Positions 1 through 10,495 of a DNA stretch of 64,000 nt are shown here, in pieces. The position numbers and the translations under genes are program-made. Source of the DNA: Selaginella moellendorffii (taxonomy: Eukaryota; Plantae; Lycopodiophyta); assembly GCF_000143415.4 (NCBI RefSeq), contig NW_003314295.1, positions 1,285,923 to 1,349,922 of the forward strand, in the 5' to 3' direction. A model generated the notes under the pieces. It searched no databases, was not told where the DNA came from, and saw only the letters and a list, made by a program, of their open reading frames with translations. Numbering within the stretch: position 1 is the stretch's first letter; every line of letters starts with the position of its first letter.

Positions 1-2606
1 CTCCAGGATAAAAACCTGAGAGAAGATGAGAACGCGGCGATTTGAATCTCGCAACATTGGCAGAAGTTTGTTCAAAAGAACCATTTTCCCAGAACTTTGA
101 ACCAGATTCGAAACACTCGAGGCCTTCAAAATTAAGGGATGAGACAAGTAAAGAGCAATAGAAGAACCTCACATTTGCATGCTTGGAAGCAAAATCCTCT
201 TCAAGCCCATCACATAGGAACGGGTGATTACAAAGCTTGCGAAGTTCCATAGCCTGAAAGAGCGTATCGGAATTAGACAAATTTCATGGAGAACGGTACC
301 ATATTCCGCAGGTTCGGCATATTACTAGGTTGAGTCCCTTTAATTAAATCAGATATTCTATTCTCGTAAAGCGCCCTGTAGTACGCTCGTTGACCTTTGG
401 TCAGTTCCACCCAAATAATAGTCTGAAGAACATAAAACTTTAGACATGAATAACAATCGCCATACAGTTCGTACCTCTTCCTTTAACGGAATGCTCTTCT
501 CCACGTCTTCCTTCATGCGACGCAAGAGCCTAGGCCGCAAAACATTTTCTTGAAGATCTTTCACCTGCATTGTGGTATCTTAGAACGAAGTAGTTTACAT
601 GACCATTGAAGAGATACCTGTTCAATATCTTTGATACTTCCATATTTGTTCATAAAGCTCTCTTCCGAGTCAAATTTATCTGGATCAAGGAAGCTTAAAA
701 GGCTACTGCTCAAAAGTAAATTTCAGAAACGTCAGAACAAACATTCGCATTTCAACGCAACTTACAAGAGCTCTTTAGTGTTGTTTTGGATGGGTGTGCC
801 GGTCAAAAGAAGAAGGCCTCCTTGTCTGACATCCATACACCCGAGAGCATGCGCAGTCTTGGATTCTTTAGACTTCAACCTGAAACAGCAACATAAACTG
901 TCAAAGTAAAAAGATTTAGCTAGCCTGTACCGGTGGGCTTCGTCAACAACCACGTACTGCCACGACACTTTCGCAAGAAAGCTTCGGTCTTTCATTATGA
1001 TTTCAAAACTGCTCAAAAGAACCTAGAAACAAAATTATCAGTTTTACCAGCTTAAAGTGAGAACAATTTTCTTACAGTAAATTTCGGATTTCCTCGTGTA
1101 CTCCAGAACTCGTACTGTTGAATTATAGCACGATCCTCCTGGCTTCCCATGTAAACGACACAATTCATATCGGTCAGCGATTCGATTTCTCTTTGCCAGT
1201 GACCGAGCGTTGATACAGGCGCGACAATCAGGAATGGTCCCTCAATCCTTTTCTTGTAACGCAAGTTCTCCAGCATCGCAACAGACTGTAAGCATAGGAT
1301 TTAGCATTGTGAGAAACGAAATGAAAAGACTTACCTGTATAGTTTTCCCCAGTCCCATTTCATCGGCAAGAATGCAGTTCACCTTAAGGTGGAAGTTCCG
1401 ATCCAGCCATGCCACCCCGTCCTTCTGATACTCACGCAGTGCACGTCCATCTTTGAAGCCTGTAGATATATTGCGAGGCTTTGAAGATGGACCAAATGCT
1501 CTGAATTTAGCGAGAGCTGCTTTCTCTGCCGCCATGGACTCTTCGATTTCCCAGGTCGCATCTGTGTATGGGAGACCTTTCCACTTGACGTAGACTTTCT
1601 TTGTTCTCCCGCGCTGCTCAAGTGCTACCACCCTGTCGACGATGAGGTACTGCGGATCAAAGGCAGGACCACTTTCAACAGTCCCCAGATGTCCATCAAC
1701 TCTTCCAAGCGCATCTAAACGCTTGTGGAAGCTCCGCAGGAGTTGAGGGGAGTACTTTTGCAACACCGCCTCTGTGACGTTCACGGCATTCCTGTAGCTT
1801 CTGCCATACTCCTTGACGCAATACACCGCAGCACCGCTTGATCGGTTTCTCACCGCCAGTATCTTCTCGGCTTGCTTGAGTACCTTGGCAACCGGCCGAA
1901 AAGCTCCTTCAACTTCCAATCCATGCATGGTAACCGCATAACGAGGCGACCGCACTGCTTGCTCGGTCCCATCTTCCGACTCACTGCTTGCGCTATCATC
2001 GGTGCCACTCGCCGACGAAATCACCTTCTTACACCAGTACTTTTGCAGCGTTCCTTTGGCAGTCCCTTTCCCAGCAAGTTTAGCAGCAGTGCAAGCTCTT
2101 CTTGGCCTTCCGGAATCTGTCACTCCAGCCGATGGTTCCTTCTTCACCTGAACCCAACCATTTGCCGCCCGACCATTTGCTACTTTGTTCTTATCTTTCC
2201 TCCCGGCATTCCTCGTATCCTTCTCGGCTTTACCATCACCATCACTATTCGAATCCGGAACGTAGAGATCACTGTCGAAATCTGGTACAGCGATGTCATC
2301 TTCCACTTCATCCTCGCTCGACGAAGACGACGAGGCGTCCTTGTAATCAACTTTCCCCACATCCCGAGTTTCTCTAGCTGATCGCTGCTTCCTTATTAAA
2401 GCCGGTGTGGACTGGACGAACACATCACTATCACTATCTTCCCGACCGTTTAGAAGCGTAGAGAGTACCTTGCGAGAATTCCTTACTGGGCGGACGACAC
2501 GCCTCATGGCCATCACGATATTTCCATCCGCAGAGGAATCGTCCGAGATCTCCTCGGCCGGCGCTTCGGCCGTCGGCGCCGCATGCTTGCGCTCCCTCAG
2601 CTGCAT
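1..2606 (-). CDS. CHD-family SNF2 chromatin remodeller (tandem chromodomains + ATPase), multi-exon, 3' part beyond the window
   Basis: Spliced translation gives chromodomain motifs (EKILAVR; VDRVV..VYVKWKGLPYTDATWE), LREYQ..G..WL, CILADEMGLGKTIQ, VVVDEAH, LLTGTPIQN, LRRMKEDVEK and MELRKLCNHPFL. Confidence 0.93.
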
Positions 2607-2790
2607 TGATCCTGGAAAATCCCTAGCACCAGAACTAAGAGCTCGCCATGGATCGCATTCCTACCTCCGAGAAGAAACCCTCGCGCGTTGCCGAAGAACC
2701 CTAGACCGCTAGAATTTGAATAAAGAGCGGGAAAGTCCACAGTATCGAACCCCAGATCTTTAAAAAACTTTATGCCATGAACTTCACTGC

Positions 2791-4991
2791 CTACGCATCG
2801 TCCGAGGATATGAAAATTTTGTAGAGGGGGAAGCTTTGACAAAGAATGCTTGACGTGAGCTTGTGGTTTGCGGGGCCAAAAGCTTGAGAGACGCCGAAAA
2901 CATGGATCACTTGTTGCTCTGGAGAGTGCTCCATTTTACCACCTCCCATCGCCTCCACCTGTGGAAGAAAAAAGAGATTGCATTTCGATCGATTGTTCTT
3001 CACGAGATACCTGTAAGCCCAACGGTGCGACTTCCTTTTGGAACGCTTCGAGTATATCTGTGTGGAAAGGCAGCTCCTTGTTGCCTCTCACAACCTGTAG
3101 GAGGATTTCAAGTCTATAGTGCTTTGAAATTGAGAGAAAGAGGACGAACCAGTTTTTGGTTGCCACTGGAATCCTTCAGGCGGATTAGTACATACTTGAA
3201 CTTTCCTGTTCATGAACTACAATTTAGAAACGTGAAACGAAACAAGAATGCAGGCTACCTTCGTCGATTTCGGTGGTTTGCACGTCCTTTCCTGCCCAGG
3301 AGTCCTCAGTATCACTCTCTATCCATCTCTCCATCAGTAAACGAGCAATTGCATGCTTTCCAGGAACGCTGAAGTTACACGTTGATTTGTTCATCAGGAC
3401 AGCCTTGAGAAAGTCTTGGTGAACCCATCTAGCATCCTGGAAAAAAGAAGGAAACAAGGTGCAAGGTGAAGTTGCAGAGTTGTAGTTTATAACTTCGTTT
3501 ACCTCTAGCTCACTGGAGTTTGCAGCAATCTTAGGCAGCGTATCACAATCATGAACGCCAGCAAGTACTTCATCATCTGTGAGCTGCGATTTTGGCTCCA
3601 AAAACTTGCCATTGGCCTCACCAACAAAACCTACCATCAGGGAAGATGGAAAAGGCCATGGTTGATTGGCCACGTACCTGAAATGTAGAAGCTGCTTACC
3701 AGCTGACAAAGGATCAAAAACTTACTTGATACTCGACGGATTCACGTCTATATTCGCCTCCTCTTTCACCTCTCGGACTACAGCTTGCTCAAAAGTTTCT
3801 CCAACTTCTACAAATCCTGCAAGCAAGGAGTAGCGGCCTTGCTCCCATTTTTTCTGCAAGGACATACATACACGAACGTCAAGAAGAGAAGGAAAGAAGA
3901 ACTCGCCTGTCGTCCAAGTAATATGTACTTGCCAAACGAAACAAGTACTATAATGGCTGGATCCTGGCACAAGAAGTTCTCAACTCAAAACTGCAGGGCA
4001 CAAATCAAGGAAAGCTACCATGAAAGCTTAACACGCAGAACGTGTTTTATACCAGGCGTGGATATATCGAGTTCTGGCATGACTGCAACGAGCACTTCAG
4101 ACAGTGACCAGCGTGATGGGAGATCATCCTAGAACCGCACAATCCACAAAACCTCTGCCACAAATCAAAGCAGCAAAAAAGGATAAATCGAAGATAGTTT
4201 CTCAGACATAAGTAAAGTGCTTACATTTCTCGAGTTCCACTCCACCATTCCACGAGCGTAGGCAAGAAGTCCTGCGTGAGAAGCTCGCAGCTCGGGACCA
4301 TATCTCCGGAGATCCACCCATTGTCCCTCCGTCTGCCAGTCACTGCTAGAAAATCCATCACAAATGTAAGAACACATTCATGAGCAAAGACCACCATCTT
4401 ACGAGGACTGTTTCACATCGACGGCAAAAACCGGCAACCGATCCGGGATCGTCAATCCCAGGAAAATTCGTTTGTCTGAGTCCAACTTATCTGGAGAGAA
4501 AAAAAGAGCTTGATCACACTTGACAAAATTCTTGTTTCCCTGAACTGGCACGGCCTGCAAGAGAGAAGAATGAAACAAGAAGCAAGAACTAGGTAGTAAA
4601 CTTTCGTACCAGTGCTTTTGGATCGGCATAAGCTTGTGAAATAAACTTTGAGTCTAGGCGGAGCTCGGTAGCACGATCAATGCCAGCATCTGCATAAAAC
4701 GTCTGGCAACGTAACCAAATTCTTCCTCAATTGCCGCAGAGAACGAAATAAAAATCAAAGAAAACTCGCGGAAAGAGAATACCTCCGAGTAATGCGATAC
4801 AGTAGAAGCTCTGATGAGCCGCGCATGCGCCATGAAATTCCTTGACCACAATTTCACACAGCCTCTTCTCCCTGACCAAAACCAAATCCAGTCGATCGAG
4901 GCTCTGGAGCGGAATTCCAAGCGCTCTCACCTTGCTGGAGGAGAATCCGGGACGAAACAGGAGAATGCCACAGCCCCAGCGTCGCCATCAT
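2791..4991 (-). CDS. NudC-type NAD(P)H pyrophosphatase (Nudix, NUDT19-like) with N-terminal transit-like peptide and a C-terminal Janus/Ocnus (PHPT1-like) domain
   Basis: Zn-ribbon FCGFCG..LKCSLQSC..YPRLDPAII, Nudix box GFVEVGETFEQAVVREVKEE and NudC signature NQPWPFPSSLM. GT-AG introns 3258-3206, 3149-3095 and 3010-2959 join in frame to IDEGKFKYVLIRL..VVRGNKELPFHTDI..MGGGKMEH..IHVFGVSQAFGPANH..stop at 2791. Confidence 0.85.
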
Positions 4992-5148
4992 CGATTTGCC
5001 CTAGGCTCCGAGCTTCTATTTTCTAAAGAGGGGGATATTCTTCCTTTGTTTGATTTGTACGAGACAAGATAGAATTTCGCGGGGTTTTGTCGTGTTAAAA
5101 CGAAGGCCCAAATTCTTCTCCACTCTTTCCTCGCTCCTCCTGATCGCT

Positions 5149-5512
5149 ATGTTTTCCTCGTCTTGCATTTGCTCTACCGGATGTAAGTGCGCTGGGAATT
5201 GCACGTAAGTAGCTTGAAAGAAGTTTTGTTTTCCTTCTCACGACCATTTCTCTACTTCCAGCTGCAAGATCCCGCATCTGGCTACCGGGTAAGAGATCGA
5301 TCGAATTCAAGGAGAAAAAACTTGAAAAAAGTTCTCTTTTCTTTCTCCTTTTTTTTTGTTCCAGTGTGGATGCCACCGCTCGGCGTGTTCTTGCTCTTCT
5401 TCCGACTGGTAGCGCTCCTGCCGAGAGTGCTGGTGGCTACGAGCTTGAGAAAAGCTGTGCTCCTTCTCAGTACGCAATTGGCGAAGAAATTGCCACTGCT
5501 TTTAATGTCTAG
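5149..5512 (+). CDS. Metallothionein-like protein, 76 aa, 3 exons (5149-5204, 5262-5288, 5365-5512)
   Basis: Spliced ORF MFSSSCICSTGCKCAGNCTCKIPHLATGVDATARRVLALLPTGSAPAESAGGYELEKSCAPSQYAIGEEIATAFNV*. N-terminal CxCxxxCxCxxxCxC is the plant type-1 MT pattern; both introns are GTAAG...TTCCAG and keep frame (231 nt total). Confidence 0.72.
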
Positions 5513-5721
5513 ATAAGAAAACAGGGAGAAAACTCTGCAACAATGCTCTAGAATCAACCCACCAATAACAGCTGAACCTTTCGCCCTCTATCAAATCACC
5601 TAGAAGAAGAAAAAAAAGAAGTCCGGGCACCGACATATACAAAGCTGCTGCTGGTTAGTAGAGATCCGCCCAGGATTGCTAGAAATCGCATACCAGCATT
5701 TTCAGTAGCCAGCCACGCAGT

Positions 5722-6411
5722 CTAGTCATTTGCCGTCCAGCTTTGTTCCACGACTGCTCGAACTTTCTTGTTATACTCTCTCCTGTTCTCGTTGTACATG
5801 CGCGCCGCCTCGGAGTTAGCAGGAGAGTTTGGGTTGGGATCGCATAGCAAAGACTGGAAGAACAAGAAGAACGAAAAGAAAAACTTGGAGTCAGTGTTCG
5901 CAGCTCAACACTTGCAAGCAAACCTGGATCGATGTCAGTATTGCGGCAACATCATAGATCGGGCTCCACTGATTTTGGAGGATGTCGAGACAAATGCTTC
6001 CATCGGCATAAACTGCGAGAGCGCGTAAGGAAGATAGACACTACGAATAAACGAACTTACTGTTGGGATGGAACATCTTCGACACAAACCGGACATTTGG
6101 CGGTTTGTTGGGATAGTCCTCCGTGAACTGTAACGTAAGCTTGAACGTACCTGACAACGAAAAAAAATTCTATCACAAGAAGGAAAAAGAGGAGTTTTGG
6201 CTCACCTCCATCCCATGGCGTGTCGTCAGGCCTGTAAGAAAGAACCGACATTCAAAAACCCTAAGAAAGGTTTCGCGAGAACTCACCCGAAGATCACAGC
6301 ATTCCACAACATGATATTGTTGTCCTGTGGAGCGCCGCTGATGCCTGCCGGAGGATCATGCTGTAGGCGCTTGAAATCTCGCATCAGGCGCTTCCTCGCC
6401 GGCGTAGACAT
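5722..6411 (-). CDS. UBC2: Ubiquitin-conjugating enzyme E2, RAD6/UBC2 family, 5 exons
   Basis: Spliced: [127 protein letters not shown]...EQSWTAND*. Confidence 0.97.
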
Positions 6412-6619
6412 CCTTGTGCTCGATCACTCAAGCCCTAGCACGGCGGCGCGCGGACAACGATGGGCCTAGATCTGTAGCATCGGCGTTCACGGCACTCCCA
6501 AGCCCTACAAAATGAGAGACCGAATAAGAACTGCCACGTTGGCACGATTAAAACCGTTGGATGTAAGGAAATCAACGGCCAGGTGGCATGGTGTTAGGGT
6601 TTTTGCCCCGCGCAGAAGG

Positions 6620-8641
6620 ATGTGGAGCGCTCGATCGATCGATGCTGTGCTGCTGCTCGTCGCATTCTCCTTCTCTCTGTCTCGCGCATTCGTGCCGCCG
6701 AGCTCCAAATGCTACGCTCTCGACGGGAATTACCGCCTCCACGATTTTGTATCCTTCGATTGTTCGTGGTTTGTCCGTGAGCATTTTACTTAACGTTTTC
6801 TCCCAGACACAATGGATTGGGCATCAGTTCGAGCACTCCAGCAACGTGAGTAGAATGACTGCAATGCTTCTCTTTCCTTGAATTTACGTTTAAATTCTTT
6901 TGTTCAGAATGGAGATTTTGTACTGCGATTTTGTAAAGACGTTCAGCTGAGATCAAACAAGGTACTCTCTTTGTTTTTCTTTTTGTTCGATTGAGCTAGC
7001 TTTCGATTCATTCAGGGATATGTAAACTATGGTCGTTTTGTTCCTCTTCTCTCGACCAGTGAGAATGGAAATTTTGTGCAAGTAAGTCTGGATCATTTTT
7101 ATCAGATTATATGGGATCACTAAGGATTGGATTCTGTAGCACTACAACCAAGGTGATTTGCAAGGCTGTGAAAACAATGGTTTCGACTTGAGTGGCCGGA
7201 ACTCCGAGGTAAAAGGACATTTCGTTTTCTCTATACTTTTATTCAGCTCAGAGAACTTTCAGGTGTCAGTCAGTTGTGGACGCTGCGATGGCACGTCGTG
7301 TACAGGTATTGTGTGCTTGATTTCTTTGTTTTCATTTCAATTGACGTGGTATCTACTTTCAGACTCCTTTGGATGCATTTGCAATGTGACTTCAACTCAA
7401 TCAAGTTGCAGGTATTCTTTCCGATCTCGTAGAATCAAATCTCAAAGTTTCACCAAAAAAATACTATTCGATGCAGCTCAAAAATCGTTGCGGCTGTCAA
7501 ATGCAGCGAAGGCGGTCCTCGCGTGATCAAAGGCTTCACAGTGGGATTCAGTCCGCGTGGGAGAGAAATAGTACGTCCAACAAGCTACTTTGTCGTGGTG
7601 ACACATATTTTCGTGTTCGCAGGTTGAAAACGGCATCACACAGTGGGGCTATGACAAGTTTCACTCGGATTACAGGTGGATTGGATCTTTTTATTGCCGT
7701 CTTTTAGCTAATGGAATCTTCGATTTCAGCTTTTCCACAGAACAGAGAGCTGTGTCCCTATATTTTACAGCACCTACAGCACTGTCCAGATTCGTTAAGA
7801 AACCGTCTTTCACGGTAAGATTTTTTCACATATCTTCAATCCACAACCAAGATCTCTGTCTGCAGGTGAAACCAAGCAAAGGACTAACAGTACAATTGGC
7901 TGGTTCTGCTGCAGAGGGCGAATCGCCAACAACAGAATCTCCTACTGTTTTAAGCGTGGACTGGCAGTGTATGTCATCGCTTGTCTTGTGATTTTATTCT
8001 ATCTATAATTCTCTTCAGGTGATAAGCCTACCGGAGGTCCTTACGTCGTCACTGTGAGCGTCCCGGCAGATGGTTTCAATCCGGTCGTGTTCAACTTGGG
8101 AAAAGAGTGTGGTAAGAAGTTTTATAGCTGAAATCCATCACACGTAATGAATTGCTCGCAGAACACAAGCAAAAATCCCAGGATGGCGGCTCAAGCGGCT
8201 GGGCGACTTTCGGAGTAATCTGTCTGGTGTACGTAGCGTATACCCGTCTCTGGATTTCCACAGCTTCTAATCCGTTCTTCGTGTTTTTGTAGCGTCATAC
8301 TCGTGTTGGGCTGCTGCTGTTGCGGTGGCTTCTGCTACAACACTCGAGTTGAGCACAAGGTATTGAGGATGATCAATTGCCAAACACTCACAGTTTTTGT
8401 TGCCTTGAATCATCAGCATGGCTTCGACGCACTTCCCGGAGTGACAACTCTTGCTCGCTACCTCGACTCCGTAAGCCAGCTTTTCCTTCTTTTCTATATC
8501 ACAGCTCATCGCTTTCACTTTTCATGTTAGGCATCCGGTCAAGCTCGCTCTGATGGCTATCGCCCAGCTGAGGACGCGTCGAGCACAGCACCCTCGAGAC
8601 CCACGAGAACTTCTGATAGTAGCAAATATGGGACCGTGTAA
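6620..8641 (+). CDS. Conserved plant type-I membrane protein of unknown function (signal peptide, Cys-rich luminal domain, one TM, tail ending YGTV)
   Basis: Signal-like MWSARSIDAVLLLVAFSFSLSRA, many short exons (CYALDGN.., WIGHQFE, LRFCKDVQ, FGCICNVT, PTTESPTVLSVDWQC), TM GWATFGVICL..CCCCGGFCYNTRVE and tail DALPG..KYGTV*. Confidence 0.75.
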
Positions 8642-8658
8642 GTTTCCTCCGGGGTCTA

Positions 8659-10260
8659 ATGGAGTACGAGAACTTTGTTCGCCTTCTTAAAAGCTGTGGA
8701 GATCTCGCAGCCGCGAGAAAGATCCACGCTCTCATCGCCAGCAGCGAGTACAGGGGACGGATCGTCCTCGCTAATCTCACAGTCGAAATGTATGGCCGAT
8801 GCTCGAGCGTAGAGGACGCAAAGAGAGCCTTTGACGAGATCCAGTGTCCAAATTCTTTCTCCTTGAGCGCGGTGATGCTGGCATATTCCCGGAACGGGCA
8901 TTGGAGGCACGCGAGGGAGGTGTTTGACGCGATGCTGGAGAGAACTTACGTGGTGTGGAACTCCCTCCTGACGGTATATGCCCGTAACGGGGATTTGGAG
9001 GATGCGAGGAGGATATTCTGGCTAATGCCCAGCTGGAGCGTCGTGACGTGGAGTGCAATGCTGGCGGCCTTTAACGTGAAGGAGATGTTTCACGAGGCAA
9101 AGAAATGGTTTGAAAGTATGCCCGAGAGAAACGTGGTGGGCTGGACGAGCATGATAACGGCAAATGCCAAGAAAGGGTATATCCAAGACGCAAGGATTCT
9201 CTTTGAGAAGATGCCCCAGCACGACGTGGTGAGCTGGACGGAGATGGTGGACACGTATGCGCAGCGTGGCGGTGATGTGGCAGCGGCGCGGGAACTTTTT
9301 GAAAGAATGCCAGCTAGGGATGGGGTTTCTTGGAGCGCTATGGTCCAGGGCTACGCGGGGAGCGGTGATCTCGATCACGCACAGGCAATGCTCGATCGGA
9401 TGCCGGCATTCAGCGTGATCGCGAGCAATGCCGTGATGCATTGCCTGGCACAGCGCGATCGATTCTGCGAGGCCCTGGAGATCTTCCATCGAATGCCGGT
9501 CAAGAGCACGGTGTCCTGGAATATTTTGATGGCCGCCTCGATCCAGCGGGGGGAGATCGACGAGGCCAAGGCTCTCTTCGATCGGATGCCAGGTAGGGAG
9601 ATCGTGGCGTGGACGATGCTCATCGCAGGATACTCGCACGCAGGAAATCTCTCTCTCGCCAAGAAATTCTTCGATAGGATTCCCCAGAGGAACCAGTTCT
9701 CGTGGAGCAGCATCATCGCGGCCTACGCGAAGCTGGGACATCTCGAATCCGCGCTCGAGGCATTCCACAGCGTACCAGATCCGGATGTGTTTTGCTGGAC
9801 GGCGATCGTGGCAGCATTCGCGCAGAAGGGACTTGGCGACGCTGCGATGGAGCTCTTCCAGGCGCTGATCCTGGAAGGGATTGAGCTCGACAGCGTCGCA
9901 TTCCTGACGATCCTCTCGGCATGCAGCCACGCAGGGATGCTGATCCAGGCGCGCTACTTCCTGGATCGGATGAGCAGCGACCACGGCATCGCGCCCTCGA
10001 AATCTCACGTCAGCTGTGTCATCGCGATGCTGGGGCGCGCCGGGCAGCTGCTAGAAGCCGAGGGGCTGATGATCGACACCCCGAGCAGCGAAAATGCGGT
10101 CGAGGATCTCCTCCCCGGCTGGATGGCACTGCTGGGATCGTCGAGAGTCCACAGCGAGATCGAGCTGGGGGCTCGAGCGGCGGCTAGGGTCGCGGGTCTC
10201 AACGCCGGCAAGGGCTCCTCTTACGTCCTTTTGGCGAGCGTGCTACATGCGAGCGCATGA
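8659..10260 (+). CDS. PLS-class pentatricopeptide repeat protein with E-like C-terminus, no DYW, intronless
   Basis: 533-aa ORF of 31-aa S-type repeats (F..MP..DVVSW..M..AYA..G), then FLTILSACSHAG...GRAGQL.EA...SSYVLLAS. Confidence 0.93.
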   Translation: MEYENFVRLLKSCGDLAAARKIHALIASSEYRGRIVLANLTVEMYGRCSSVEDAKRAFDEIQCPNSFSLSAVMLAYSRNGHWRHAREVFDAMLERTYVVWNSLLTVYARNGDLEDARRIFWLMPSWSVVTWSAMLAAFNVKEMFHEAKKWFESMPERNVVGWTSMITANAKKGYIQDARILFEKMPQHDVVSWTEMVDTYAQRGGDVAAARELFERMPARDGVSWSAMVQGYAGSGDLDHAQAMLDRMPAFSVIASNAVMHCLAQRDRFCEALEIFHRMPVKSTVSWNILMAASIQRGEIDEAKALFDRMPGREIVAWTMLIAGYSHAGNLSLAKKFFDRIPQRNQFSWSSIIAAYAKLGHLESALEAFHSVPDPDVFCWTAIVAAFAQKGLGDAAMELFQALILEGIELDSVAFLTILSACSHAGMLIQARYFLDRMSSDHGIAPSKSHVSCVIAMLGRAGQLLEAEGLMIDTPSSENAVEDLLPGWMALLGSSRVHSEIELGARAAARVAGLNAGKGSSYVLLASVLHASA

Positions 10261-10495
10261 GAGGTACGGAAGTGGCCATGGCCCAGAGGGTGGTACGGGC
10301 AAGCGTTGTTTTCTTCTGCCAGGCCTTGCCCTAAGGTTGCTCCAGTCGCGGCTGCTGGATCTGCCCAGCGCTCCCTTCCAAGGTAGTACCAAGAAATCTT
10401 CTTTTTCTCGGGGCTGCGCCGCCGCGGCCAGGGAAATCCTTCTTCTTCCAGCTTGGGCGAGGGCAATTTGCGACAAAGAGGGGAAAAATCTGAGG

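Noticed and set aside
5679-6251. ORF-track products 5679-5921 and 6057-6251 (CPVC motif) as separate zinc-finger genes
   Set aside because: They are off-frame readings of UBC2 exons.
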